This document shows, piece after piece, positions 30,353 through 39,319 of a DNA stretch of 64,000 nucleotides. A program made the translations under genes and the position numbers. The first letter of the stretch is position 1; each line of letters begins with the position of its first letter. Source of the stretch: Candidatus Latescibacterota bacterium (GTDB lineage: Bacteria > Latescibacterota > UBA2968); NCBI GenBank assembly GCA_965198115.1, contig OZ240241.1, forward strand, positions 7,008,001 to 7,072,000. The letters are read 5' to 3'. Below the pieces are notes generated by a model. The model was not told the origin of the DNA. It ran no database searches and worked only from the letters and a program-made list of their open reading frames with translations.

Positions 30353-30497
30353 AAGAGACGCCTAAGTCTCTTTGGTCTGCCTCATAGAACAAGAAATAAC
30401 CTACGCGGGGTTCCACTTATGACGGCGAACGACTGGTCGAGCTGCTGATCCATACCGAGGAACAGCTACAGAGTACCTGACAAAGGATCGCGATGAG

Positions 30498-32183
30498 ATG
30501 AGCGACGAGCCTAACAAGATTATCTACTCGATGGTGCGTGTGAGTAAGTATTTCGACAAGGAACCCGTGCTCGAGAACATCAATCTGTCCTACTTCTACG
30601 GGGCGAAGATCGGCGTGCTCGGACTGAACGGGTCGGGCAAGTCTACTTTGCTGAAGATTCTTGCGGGGGTGGATACGACGTTCAACGGGGAGACGCATCT
30701 GGCGCCGGGTCATACGATCGGATTCTTGCCGCAAGAGCCTGAGCTGGATCCGGCACGCACGGTCAAGGACGTCGTCGAGGAGGGGGCGCAGGAGCTCGTC
30801 GACCTGATGCGGGAATACAACGAGATCAGCGAGAAATTCGCAGAGCCGATGTCGGACGACGAGATGAACAAGCTGATCGAGCGCCAGGGTGAGGTTCAGG
30901 AACAACTCGATGCCAAGAATGCGTGGGATGTGGATGCGCAACTCGACCAGGCGATGGACGCGCTACGCTGTCCTCCTGGTGAGACTCAGATCGATGTGTT
31001 GTCTGGGGGCGAGTGTCGGCGTGTGGCGCTCTGTCGTCTGCTGCTGCAGAAGCCCGACATCCTGTTGCTGGATGAGCCCACGAACCACCTGGACGCGGAA
31101 TCGGTCGGATGGCTGGAGCAACATCTCCAGCGCTATGAGGGTACGGTCATTGCCGTTACGCACGACCGGTACTTTCTGGACAACGTGGCGGGATGGATCC
31201 TCGAACTCGATCGAGGACGTGGGATTCCGTGGAAGGGCAACTACTCATCCTGGCTGGAGCAGAAGGAAGCTCGTTTGGAAACAGAAGAGCGCCAGGAATC
31301 CCAACGTCGGAAGACACTGCAGCGAGAGTTGGAGTGGATTCGAATGTCTCCACGAGGTCGGCACGCCAAATCGAGGGCGCGTATCAGCTCCTATGAAGAT
31401 TTGCTGAATCAGGACGGCGCTTCGCGGGACAGAGAGCTGGAGATATTCATCCCAGCGGGGCCTCGTCTGGGAAACGTCGTGGTGGAGGCGGAGGGTGTGC
31501 GGAAAGGGTATGATGATCTGCTCCTGGTCGATGATATGACATTCGCCCTTCCGCCGGGCGGTATCGTCGGTGTGATCGGCCCGAACGGGGCCGGCAAGAC
31601 AACGACCTTCCGGCTGATCACAGAGCAAGAACAGCCAGATGCAGGCTCGATTCGGATCGGTGATACGGTTCAGCTCGCATACGTCGAGCAAAGTCGGGAC
31701 GATCTGGACCCGAGCAAGACGGTCTGGCAAGTTATCTCGGATGGTCAGGATGTGCTGGAGCTGGGCGGCCGCCAGGTGAATTCGAGGGCGTATGTCGCGC
31801 GTTTCAATTTCTCGGGCGGAGATCAACAGAAGCCGGTCAACCAGCTGAGCGGTGGTGAACGGAACCGCGTTCATCTCGCGCGTATGCTCAAGTCTGGCGC
31901 GAATGTGTTGTTGCTCGATGAACCGACGAACGACTTGGACGTGAATACGATGAGGGCGCTTGAAGACGCGTTGCTTGATTTCGCCGGATGCGCTGTCGTT
32001 ATCAGCCACGATCGCTGGTTCCTCGATCGGGTCGCGACCCACATTCTGGCGTTCGAAGGAGATAGCAACGTCGTTTTCTTCGATGGGAACTATACGCAGT
32101 ATGAGGAAGATCGACGTGCGAGGTTGGGCGAGGAGGCGGACCAGCCGCACCGGATCAAATATCGGAGGCTGACGAGGGACTGA
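30498..32183 (+). CDS. ettA: Energy-dependent translational throttle ABC-F protein EttA
   Basis: GAKIGVLGLNGSGKS, AMDALRCPP, THDRYFLDNVAGWILELDRG, GNYSSWLEQK, HRIKYRRL. Confidence 0.96.
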   Translation: MSDEPNKIIYSMVRVSKYFDKEPVLENINLSYFYGAKIGVLGLNGSGKSTLLKILAGVDTTFNGETHLAPGHTIGFLPQEPELDPARTVKDVVEEGAQELVDLMREYNEISEKFAEPMSDDEMNKLIERQGEVQEQLDAKNAWDVDAQLDQAMDALRCPPGETQIDVLSGGECRRVALCRLLLQKPDILLLDEPTNHLDAESVGWLEQHLQRYEGTVIAVTHDRYFLDNVAGWILELDRGRGIPWKGNYSSWLEQKEARLETEERQESQRRKTLQRELEWIRMSPRGRHAKSRARISSYEDLLNQDGASRDRELEIFIPAGPRLGNVVVEAEGVRKGYDDLLLVDDMTFALPPGGIVGVIGPNGAGKTTTFRLITEQEQPDAGSIRIGDTVQLAYVEQSRDDLDPSKTVWQVISDGQDVLELGGRQVNSRAYVARFNFSGGDQQKPVNQLSGGERNRVHLARMLKSGANVLLLDEPTNDLDVNTMRALEDALLDFAGCAVVISHDRWFLDRVATHILAFEGDSNVVFFDGNYTQYEEDRRARLGEEADQPHRIKYRRLTRD

Positions 32184-32189
32184 GGGGAA

Positions 32190-32232
32190 GAGCCCTTCGA
32201 TACGCCTGCTGCGCAGGCTACTCAGGACAAGC
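32190..32232 (+). repeat. 43-nt REP-like repeat (copy 2 of 3)
   Basis: GAGCCCTTCGATAC-[GCCTGC TGC GCAGGC]-TACTCAGGACAAGC. Confidence 0.85.
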
Positions 32233-32384
32233 GGGAGATGGGGGTGGCGACGACGGCCTTGCGCGATCGGGGTTGCCAGTCCTGCGTAAGCTCTGGTCCC
32301 ACTCCCATTGAAACGAGTGGCCCTGGGATCACAGCTTGATTCCACACGGATTCCGGGCATCGTGGAACCGCTCTGATGACTCCC

Positions 32385-32744
32385 CTACCCAATCAACTGC
32401 TTGACCTCGTCGCGGAACCGGTGGACAAGCTGCAGAACCGTAGCGTCGTCCATACCGACGTAATCGTGAACGGAAAGGTTCCGTGCGTTGAGGAACTGGT
32501 TCCACGATTCGAGGTCGTCGATTCTCTTGAGCTGGGCGGCAAATCTCAGCGTGTCCCGAGGACTGTAGGCCTCGAGCCCTGCGTGGTCCACCTCGCGTTT
32601 GAGATATTTCCAGACGTACTCGAATGTGCTCTCGAAAGCCTTGGCAAGGGCGGCCCTGCGAAGAGGACTCTCAGGGTCGGCATCGCACTCCGACAATGCC
32701 GCCTCCAGTAGCTTGAAAGCGCTCAGCAGCCTTTCGTCATTCAT
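32385..32744 (-). CDS. HEPN toxin / HI0074-type nucleotidyltransferase substrate-binding protein
   Basis: FESTFEYVWKYLK, SPRDTLR, RNLSVHDY (R-X4-H-X-Y). Confidence 0.88.
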   Translation of the reverse strand: MNDERLLSAFKLLEAALSECDADPESPLRRAALAKAFESTFEYVWKYLKREVDHAGLEAYSPRDTLRFAAQLKRIDDLESWNQFLNARNLSVHDYVGMDDATVLQLVHRFRDEVKQLIG

Positions 32745-33318
32745 ACAACCGCATCCCCGCTTTTCGCAGAAGGCCGCACCACGCTGCGTACGAGCCTGCT
32801 AAAAACGTCAAGTCATCGGCTGCTGCGTGAACGAATGACGCATCCGCGCGCCCAAGATCGACCAGCTGCGCCGCCACGATCGAATCGTCATTCCAGTCGG
32901 CAGCAATGTCGAGAAGACGCGAATAGATCGCGAACTCCATCCCCTCTATATGATAAACACCGATGTCATAGTCGGAGTATGGCTTTGCAGTGCCACGGGC
33001 GCGCGAACCGAATAGAACGAACGCCGCCCCCGGAACCGCTACGTGCAGGTCTTCGATCAGGTCTGTTAGGGAGAGACCGGGCACAGACTTGTGGCGCAAA
33101 GAAAGCGAAAGGACGTCCGCCGGTGTGAGATCGAGTGCATTGAGGATTCTGCCGAGAGCCGTTGGCAAGCCGGTCTTCCCGGCCAGATAGTTCCCCACGG
33201 TGTTCCGGTGAAGGCCAAGGGAGTCGGCGAAATTCTTCACAGAGCCGAAACCGTGTGCGTGGATTGCCTGCTCTATTCGGTTGGCATCCAAGATGAGCCT
33301 GGGAGATATAGATTCCAC
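32737..33318 (-). CDS. XRE-HTH fused minimal nucleotidyltransferase (MNT antitoxin)
   Basis: N-terminal SVKNFADSLGLHRNTVGNY HTH; LFGSRARGTAKPYSDYD (GS-X10-DXD), LVDL. Confidence 0.85.
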   Translation of the reverse strand: MESISPRLILDANRIEQAIHAHGFGSVKNFADSLGLHRNTVGNYLAGKTGLPTALGRILNALDLTPADVLSLSLRHKSVPGLSLTDLIEDLHVAVPGAAFVLFGSRARGTAKPYSDYDIGVYHIEGMEFAIYSRLLDIAADWNDDSIVAAQLVDLGRADASFVHAAADDLTFLAGSYAAWCGLLRKAGMRLYE

Positions 33319-33326
33319 GTGCGAAT

Positions 33327-33363
33327 AGTATAAATAGGCATATGCATATTGTCAATGTGCATA
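33327..33363 (-). promoter_or_regulatory. Sigma70 promoter with overlapping inverted-repeat operator
   Basis: TTGACA-17-TATACT, 8 nt before GTG; TATGCATATTG/CAATGTGCATA inverted repeat (33341-33363) covers the -35 box. Confidence 0.8.
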
Positions 33364-33425
33364 GCCGATACACAGATGGTCCCCCTGGTGGCCTGTGGTT
33401 TCATCTCCAAATGTATGAGGACTGC

Positions 33426-33460
33426 TTGACACGAGATTCGTGTAGCACTAAATTCGTGTT
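33426..33460 (+). promoter_or_regulatory. Sigma70 promoter for leaderless mRNA, with tandem operator palindromes
   Basis: TTGACA-17-TAAATT, ATG 6 nt later; ACACGA-gat-TCGTGT and GCACTA-aat-TCGTGT. Confidence 0.78.
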
Positions 33461-33700
33461 ATGAAGAACGTTACGATAACGCTGGAAGAGAATGTCGCCC
33501 GCTGGGTGCGGGTGTGGGCTGCGGAACACGATACCAGTGTGTCACGCTTTCTCGGCGATCTGCTGAAAAAAAGGATGCAGGACGAGCTCGAATATCAAGA
33601 CGCCCAAAGGAGATATGTGGAGCGAGAAGCAACCGTCTTGAAGGATTCTGGCCACTACCCCCGGCGGGACGATCTGCATGAGCGAAATCTGCTTCGCTGA
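33461..33700 (+). CDS. RHH/CopG-like antitoxin
   Basis: MKNVTITLEENVARWVRVWAAEHDTSVSRFL; overlaps the PIN gene. Confidence 0.85.
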   Translation: MKNVTITLEENVARWVRVWAAEHDTSVSRFLGDLLKKRMQDELEYQDAQRRYVEREATVLKDSGHYPRRDDLHERNLLR

Positions 33701-34127
33701 CACAAACCTTTTCGTTTATGCGCGTGATCGTTCGGAGGAGCAGAAGCAGCCTAAGGCCCGGGAATGGATGTTCCGGCTATGGGAGGGTCGCTGCGGTCGC
33801 ACGGGGGTTCAGGCTCTGAGTGAGTATTTCGTGACCGTCACACGAAAACTCAACCCAGGGTTGAGCGAAGACACCGCCTGGATGGATGTCGAGGATTTGC
33901 TGTCGTGGGATCCGATTCCGGTTGATGCAGGAGTGCTCAGGCGGGCGAGGGGTATCGTCATCGCGAACTCTATCTCCTGGTGGGACGCTCAGATTGTTGC
34001 CGCGGCCCAGATGAGTGGCTCTGATTTTCTGCTCACTGAGGATCTACAGGATGGACAGGATCTGAACGGACTGACCATCGTCAATCCGTTTCGCCACTCG
34101 CCGGACGATGTGCTTTCCTCGGCGTAA
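33678..34127 (+). CDS. PIN-domain (VapC-like) toxin
   Basis: FADTNLFVYA, QALSEY, SWWDAQIVAAA, LLTEDLQDG, VNPF. Confidence 0.9.
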   Translation: MSEICFADTNLFVYARDRSEEQKQPKAREWMFRLWEGRCGRTGVQALSEYFVTVTRKLNPGLSEDTAWMDVEDLLSWDPIPVDAGVLRRARGIVIANSISWWDAQIVAAAQMSGSDFLLTEDLQDGQDLNGLTIVNPFRHSPDDVLSSA

Positions 34128-34266
34128 CCCATGAATAGGTGTGCTCTATGGCTTGTCCCAAAAGGACGGGTAAGACACGCTTGCTGTTGTTCGAAATGGA
34201 CAGACTTCGAAAGCAGGTGAAGGGCACGGATTTGGCACGCCACTGGGGTTGTGTTACCTTTAGCCC

Positions 34267-35106
34267 GTGACGAGTGATTTCGACATCAAGCCCACGGATG
34301 GCCCACTGGGCGCCTACATCGAGCGTTGGAGTGCGGGTAAGGAGCTCGATGCCGAGGGCGTCAAGACGTTGCGGGAGGCTCTCTGGACCCACGGTGTCCT
34401 CATTCTGAGAGATAAAAAGCTGACGGAGGCGGAGCAGGTCGCCTTCAGCAGGATGTTCTGCGATCCCATCCCCCATCCCATCAATCAGAGCCACGTCGGA
34501 TCCCTTCCCGAAATCACGCTGATCTCCAACGTCAAAAAAGATGGCCGAGTCAATGAAGCGCTCGGCCAGAGCGAGGTCCACTTTCACTCCGACCTGACTT
34601 TTCTACACGAGGTGGGGACGGTTTCGACGCTCTTTTCTGTGGAGACGCCGGTCGTGGGGGGCGAAACCTCGTGGTCGAGCGGCTACGCGGCCTACGATGC
34701 ACTCGATGAAGAGGAGCTCGGCCGCCTGGAGAAGGTGAAAATTGTTTACACACACGCGCTCGAGTCGTATCGCCCCGAGGAGCCGGCTGTCCATCCGCTT
34801 GTTCTGGATCATCCCGAGTCAGGACGCCGAACACTCTACTTCAGCGCGAGTCACGTCGCACGAGTAGCGGATGTAGCAGAAGAGGACAGTCGCGAGATCA
34901 TCGAGCAACTCGTTGCCCACACAGCCGATGAACGGTTTACGTGGACGCACGCGTGGTGGCCGGGTGATTTGGCTGTTTGGGACAATCGATGTGCTCAGCA
35001 TCGTCGGAATGAATTCGATCCAAAAGCTCGCCGGATCATGCGGCGAACACAGGCGGTTGGTTCACTCACAGAATCATCTGCCGCCATACAGAGGGAGGAA
35101 TCATGA
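34267..35106 (+). CDS. TauD/TfdA family Fe(II)/2-oxoglutarate dioxygenase
   Basis: FHSDLTF, GGET, HPLV..HPESGR, WDNRCAQHRR, RIMRR. Confidence 0.92.
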   Translation: MTSDFDIKPTDGPLGAYIERWSAGKELDAEGVKTLREALWTHGVLILRDKKLTEAEQVAFSRMFCDPIPHPINQSHVGSLPEITLISNVKKDGRVNEALGQSEVHFHSDLTFLHEVGTVSTLFSVETPVVGGETSWSSGYAAYDALDEEELGRLEKVKIVYTHALESYRPEEPAVHPLVLDHPESGRRTLYFSASHVARVADVAEEDSREIIEQLVAHTADERFTWTHAWWPGDLAVWDNRCAQHRRNEFDPKARRIMRRTQAVGSLTESSAAIQREES

Positions 35107-35507
35107 GCCAGATGCCGATCGACAATATGCAGGTCGATGCGGATAATCTTTATCGTGAAGAAGCGATTACAGACTTGAAGGTGGCTTCGATCCGTCGTCT
35201 GATTCCGATCAAGGCTGACGGGTCGGATGACCCGTCACGGAAGACCATTTTCACTGGACAGGCGCACATTATGTCGCAGATGGGTCCCGTTCCAGTCAGT
35301 GCAGAAATCGATGCCGACTCGCTGGAGGAGGCGCTGCAGAAGTTCCCCGAGGCGATCAGAGCCGGCATCGAGCGAATGGTCGACGAGGCGAAGGAGATAC
35401 AGCGCCAGGAATCATCGCGAATCGTCGTTCCGAAGGGCGCGCCGCCGAACCTGACGGGTGGAGGGGGAGCTGCGCCGGGTGGAGGAAACATCATTCTGGG
35501 AAGCTAG
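35103..35507 (+). CDS. Hypothetical protein
   Basis: SD GAGGAA, ATGA overlap with upstream stop, protein-like composition (NLYREEAITDLKVASIRRLIP). Confidence 0.75.
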   Translation: MSQMPIDNMQVDADNLYREEAITDLKVASIRRLIPIKADGSDDPSRKTIFTGQAHIMSQMGPVPVSAEIDADSLEEALQKFPEAIRAGIERMVDEAKEIQRQESSRIVVPKGAPPNLTGGGGAAPGGGNIILGS

Positions 35508-35577
35508 ACCGGTAGACGGTTGACGGTTCTGTTGCCGGCCGCAAGCGCAGCGGCATTGGGTGTGTGAATCCTTGCCG

Positions 35578-35601
35578 GTGGGAGCGGCCTCCCGGCCGCG
35601 A
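35578..35601 (+). repeat. GTGG-headed REP palindrome
   Basis: GTGGGA-GCGGCC-TCCC-GGCCGC-GA; parallels GTGGGA-GCAGCT-TTC-AGCTGC-GA at 26181. Confidence 0.7.
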
Positions 35602-35728
35602 ACCGTGCGAGAAGACAGAACACAGACGACAGCGCCAGAGTCTTCCCGAACACTGCCTGCCCTGAATAGCGGCCGCAGGCCGCGTATCGTAGGGAACACC
35701 GAACACTTTTTCACTGGGCTTTCACAAA

Positions 35729-37102
35729 TTGGCTGACACATTCGACTATGATGTAATTGTCATCGGTTCGGGCCCGGGCGGCGAAGGCGCTGCGATGAAG
35801 TGCACCAAGTCGGGCAAGAACGTGGCGGTGGTCGAGGAGAATCCTCTCGTCGGTGGAAACTGTACTCATCGCGCGACGATTCCGAGCAAGTCGTTGCGGC
35901 AGACGATTCAGGTGATGGCCGACCACGGGGACTACGGCGAGATCGATTTTCAGCAGATGTTGCGTTCCGCCGAGTCCGTGATCGATCAGCAGGTCGAGCT
36001 TCGACAGGGCCACTACGAACGAAATGACCTGGATGTGATCGGCGGTCGCGCACGGTTCACGGACCCGCACACGATCGAAGTGACGCAAACGGCGGGGGGC
36101 ACGGAGACTTACTCAGCCGGAGCTTTCATTCTCGCGACAGGATCCAGACCTTACCACCCGCCGGACGTCGATTTCGGCAATCCTCGAATCGTGGACAGCG
36201 ATTCCATTCTAAAGCTTCAGGAGAATCCCAAGTCATTAACGATCTACGGGGCGGGCGTGATCGGCTGTGAATATGCGTCGATTTTTCGCGGGCTTCGGAT
36301 CAAGGTCAATCTGATCAACAGTCGCGACCATCTGCTCACGTTTCTGGACGATGAGATTATCGACGCGCTGGCCTACCATTTGCGCGATCAGGGTGTCGTC
36401 ATCCGTCACAGCGAAGAGTACGATCGGGTCGAGGCAACCGGGGACGAGGTGTGTGTCTATCTCAAATCGAACAAGGTCATTCGCAGCGACATCCTGTTGT
36501 GGGCCCAGGGACGGACGGGGAATTCCGACGGCATCGGGCTGGACACAATCGGAGTTGGAATGGACGAGCGGGGCTCGATCGTCGTGGACGAGAACTACCA
36601 GACTGCGCAGTCCCACATCTACGCCGTCGGGGATGTGGTTGGATACCCCAGTCTTGCGAGCGCGGCTTACGATCAGGGTCGATTCGCAGCGACGCACATC
36701 GTAGAGGGTGTCAGCGAGACCGGTCTCCTCGAGCATATGCCGACGGGTATCTTTACGATTCCCGAGATCAGCTCAGTGGGATTGAACGAGAAGGAGCTGA
36801 CGGAAAACAAAGTGCCGTATGAAGTCGGGCACGCCTTTTTCCGCAATATGGCACGCGCTCAGATCACAGGTCGAAAGACGGGAATGCTGAAGATCCTGTT
36901 CAACCGGGAAACGCTGGAGATCCTGGGCATCCATTGTTTCGGCTACCAGGCTTCGGAAATCATCCACATCGGGCAAGCGATCCTCGCGCAGGAAGGCGAA
37001 GCGAACACGTTGATGTACTTCATCAACACGACCTTCAATTACCCGACGATGGCCGAGGCGTATCGCGTGGCGGCGTTGAATGGGCTTAATCGAGTGACCT
37101 GA
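35729..37102 (+). CDS. sthA: Soluble pyridine nucleotide transhydrogenase
   Basis: [76 protein letters not shown]. Confidence 0.95.
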   Translation: MADTFDYDVIVIGSGPGGEGAAMKCTKSGKNVAVVEENPLVGGNCTHRATIPSKSLRQTIQVMADHGDYGEIDFQQMLRSAESVIDQQVELRQGHYERNDLDVIGGRARFTDPHTIEVTQTAGGTETYSAGAFILATGSRPYHPPDVDFGNPRIVDSDSILKLQENPKSLTIYGAGVIGCEYASIFRGLRIKVNLINSRDHLLTFLDDEIIDALAYHLRDQGVVIRHSEEYDRVEATGDEVCVYLKSNKVIRSDILLWAQGRTGNSDGIGLDTIGVGMDERGSIVVDENYQTAQSHIYAVGDVVGYPSLASAAYDQGRFAATHIVEGVSETGLLEHMPTGIFTIPEISSVGLNEKELTENKVPYEVGHAFFRNMARAQITGRKTGMLKILFNRETLEILGIHCFGYQASEIIHIGQAILAQEGEANTLMYFINTTFNYPTMAEAYRVAALNGLNRVT

Positions 37103-37314
37103 AAAGCAGAAGAAACCACTGAGAACACAGAGCACACGGAGGGGAAGAACCTCACAACATCGAGGCCCTATTCGGGGAGAGACATCGAATGAGAACCGAG
37201 CCTAGGATACACACGGCATTCAGTGATGATTGGTAGCCCGCTTTAGCGGGTTAGCTGTTTCGCGCGGGGCTTCAGCCCGCGTGTTTTTCCTGAACACCGA
37301 ACACTGGTTTCTCC

Positions 37315-38073
37315 CTATATCTTCCCCTTACTGGCCAGATCATCGGCCAGCCTTTTTCTGTACGCCTCGACCGCTTCTCGATTCTCTTTCGCTTCGGCAG
37401 AGAGGTAGACGAAGCCGATGGCCGGGCGGTCTTTGGATTCGCTCGTGTTCCCATCGGCGCGGTGAACGGTGACGGCGTGGTGGACGGAGAGGTCTCCCGG
37501 TTCGGCCGTGAAGACGACCTCGTTCGCGAGGTCGTCGGGTTGCCCAAAGTCGGTAATGCCCTGGGAAAACCCGAGGGTCTGCGTTCGTGCGTGGGGACGC
37601 AGGCCCTTTCTGTGTGAACCCCGGATGTAGCGCAGGCAACCGTTGTCCTCGTCTGCGTGGCCGAGAGAGAACCAGGCCGTCAATCCCACGCACGGTGTGA
37701 CGTTGAAGTAATAGCCGTCCTGATGAGGAGGTGTTGGAAGACCTATGCGTGGGGGTTTTCTGAGGTATTGGACGTTTCGCCCGACGACGGGGCCGTCGAG
37801 CAGTACCTTTGACAACCGTTCGAAGCGGCTTTCGAACATCAGATCCTTGAAGTAGGAATCGTGTTCCTCCATGCGGGGCAGCTGCTTCAGGGATTGGGGA
37901 TCGTCCCTGTTCTCGTAGAAGACGTGCTCACGAGGTAGGTCCGGGACTATTTCGTCGATGTAACGTGCGACGTTCTGCTGGACGTCGACCGTCTCCTCGG
38001 CATTCAAGAATCCTCGAAGGACGGCGTAACCATCCTGGTCGAACGAGTTCTTCGCATCGCTGAAATCTTCCAC
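37315..38073 (-). CDS. Phytanoyl-CoA dioxygenase (PhyH) family Fe(II)/2OG oxygenase
   Basis: DGYAVLRGFL, TPPHQDGYY, NGCLRYIRGSH, VHRADGN..R; GTG 38073 with SD (alternative ATG 38097). Confidence 0.9.
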   Translation of the reverse strand: MEDFSDAKNSFDQDGYAVLRGFLNAEETVDVQQNVARYIDEIVPDLPREHVFYENRDDPQSLKQLPRMEEHDSYFKDLMFESRFERLSKVLLDGPVVGRNVQYLRKPPRIGLPTPPHQDGYYFNVTPCVGLTAWFSLGHADEDNGCLRYIRGSHRKGLRPHARTQTLGFSQGITDFGQPDDLANEVVFTAEPGDLSVHHAVTVHRADGNTSESKDRPAIGFVYLSAEAKENREAVEAYRKRLADDLASKGKI

Positions 38074-38083
38074 GGTTACATCC

Positions 38084-39319
38084 TCACGTGAGTCCATTAC
38101 AGATCAGGTCGAATACGTCGAAATTTCTGAGGTCTGCTCTTGTTCTTTGCGTGTACGCTGGCGAAAGAGGTGCGGACAGGATCATGGGGACCATTTCCTC
38201 GTAGCGGCCGCCGTGGGAGCGCAGCGCACCTTCGAGTACGGAAAGGTCGTGATGTTCGGGCGTTTTTCCAATGACGACATCCCTGCCCGACAAGGCTACG
38301 AGCTCGCCGATTCGGTCGCCTGGCAACTCGAGCAATCGCATCGCCGCTGCCCGATCGTGAACTTCGGTGATGCCTTCGAGTTCGGCAATGTATGAGCCCA
38401 CGGCGGACGCATCGTGCTCGGGAGAGAGATGAATGGTGGCGAAGGATCCGAGCGCGCCGTGGTGCACGACGTAGGGATCGGTAATGGGGAGCAGGACGTT
38501 GATGTCCCCGTGGAACTTCGCGCTGAGCTCCGACTCGAGGTAAATGACGTTGGGTGAGCCATCGGGACGTTGCTTTGCGTTCATGCCGTGATCGGCGGTG
38601 ATGGCGATGGTCGCACCGGTTGATCTGATTCTGCCGATTTGTTCGTCGATCCGGGCGTAGAAGTCGAGGGCTCCGGCCTCGTCGTGGGCGAAGCTATGCT
38701 GGATGTAGTCGGTCGTCGACAGATAGAGGAAGTCAGCGAAATCGTTCTCGAGCAGAGCGACGCCAGCTTTCAGCACGTAAATGCTGGCATCGCCGCTGTA
38801 GATGCCGGGTCCGGGTTCCCCGACGAGTGTCTCGGCCGTATCGAACCCGTGCTGGGTGAGATCGATCTCAGAGGCTTTCTCGACAGAGATGGTGATCCCG
38901 TCGAGATCCGATGAGAGAATATCCCTCAGTTTGTCCTTGGCTGTGACCATTCCGACCCGTCGTCCCGCACGAGCGGCGCCGGCCAGGATCGTCGGACAGC
39001 GCAAATAGGAGGCATCGTTCATCATGACCTCCTGGCCCGATTCGGGATCGAGAAAATAGTTGCCCGATATGCCCGTGATGGACGGCGGGGCACCGGTGAC
39101 AATAGCAGCGTTGTTGACGTTCGTGAAAGAGGGCAGCGCCCCCCGGGCGAGTCCACGATAGCCTGCTCGGACGACGACGCGAAGATGAGGCATGAGGTTT
39201 CGATCGAGCGCGGCATCGAAGTATTCGTCCGCGGATCCGTCGAGGCAGATGACGACGAGAGGGCGATCGGGAGGATCGTAAGTACGGTCGTTGACGGTAA
39301 ACGGCACGGTCAGAGACAC
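38084..39319 (-). CDS. phnA: Phosphonoacetate hydrolase
   Basis: FTVNDRTY, VICLDG, PSFTNVNNAAIVTG, VTAKDKLR, YLSTTDYIQH, TADHGMN, LPITDPYVVHHGALGS, RSHGG, RNFDVF. Confidence 0.92.
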   Translation of the reverse strand: MSLTVPFTVNDRTYDPPDRPLVVICLDGSADEYFDAALDRNLMPHLRVVVRAGYRGLARGALPSFTNVNNAAIVTGAPPSITGISGNYFLDPESGQEVMMNDASYLRCPTILAGAARAGRRVGMVTAKDKLRDILSSDLDGITISVEKASEIDLTQHGFDTAETLVGEPGPGIYSGDASIYVLKAGVALLENDFADFLYLSTTDYIQHSFAHDEAGALDFYARIDEQIGRIRSTGATIAITADHGMNAKQRPDGSPNVIYLESELSAKFHGDINVLLPITDPYVVHHGALGSFATIHLSPEHDASAVGSYIAELEGITEVHDRAAAMRLLELPGDRIGELVALSGRDVVIGKTPEHHDLSVLEGALRSHGGRYEEMVPMILSAPLSPAYTQRTRADLRNFDVFDLICNGLT

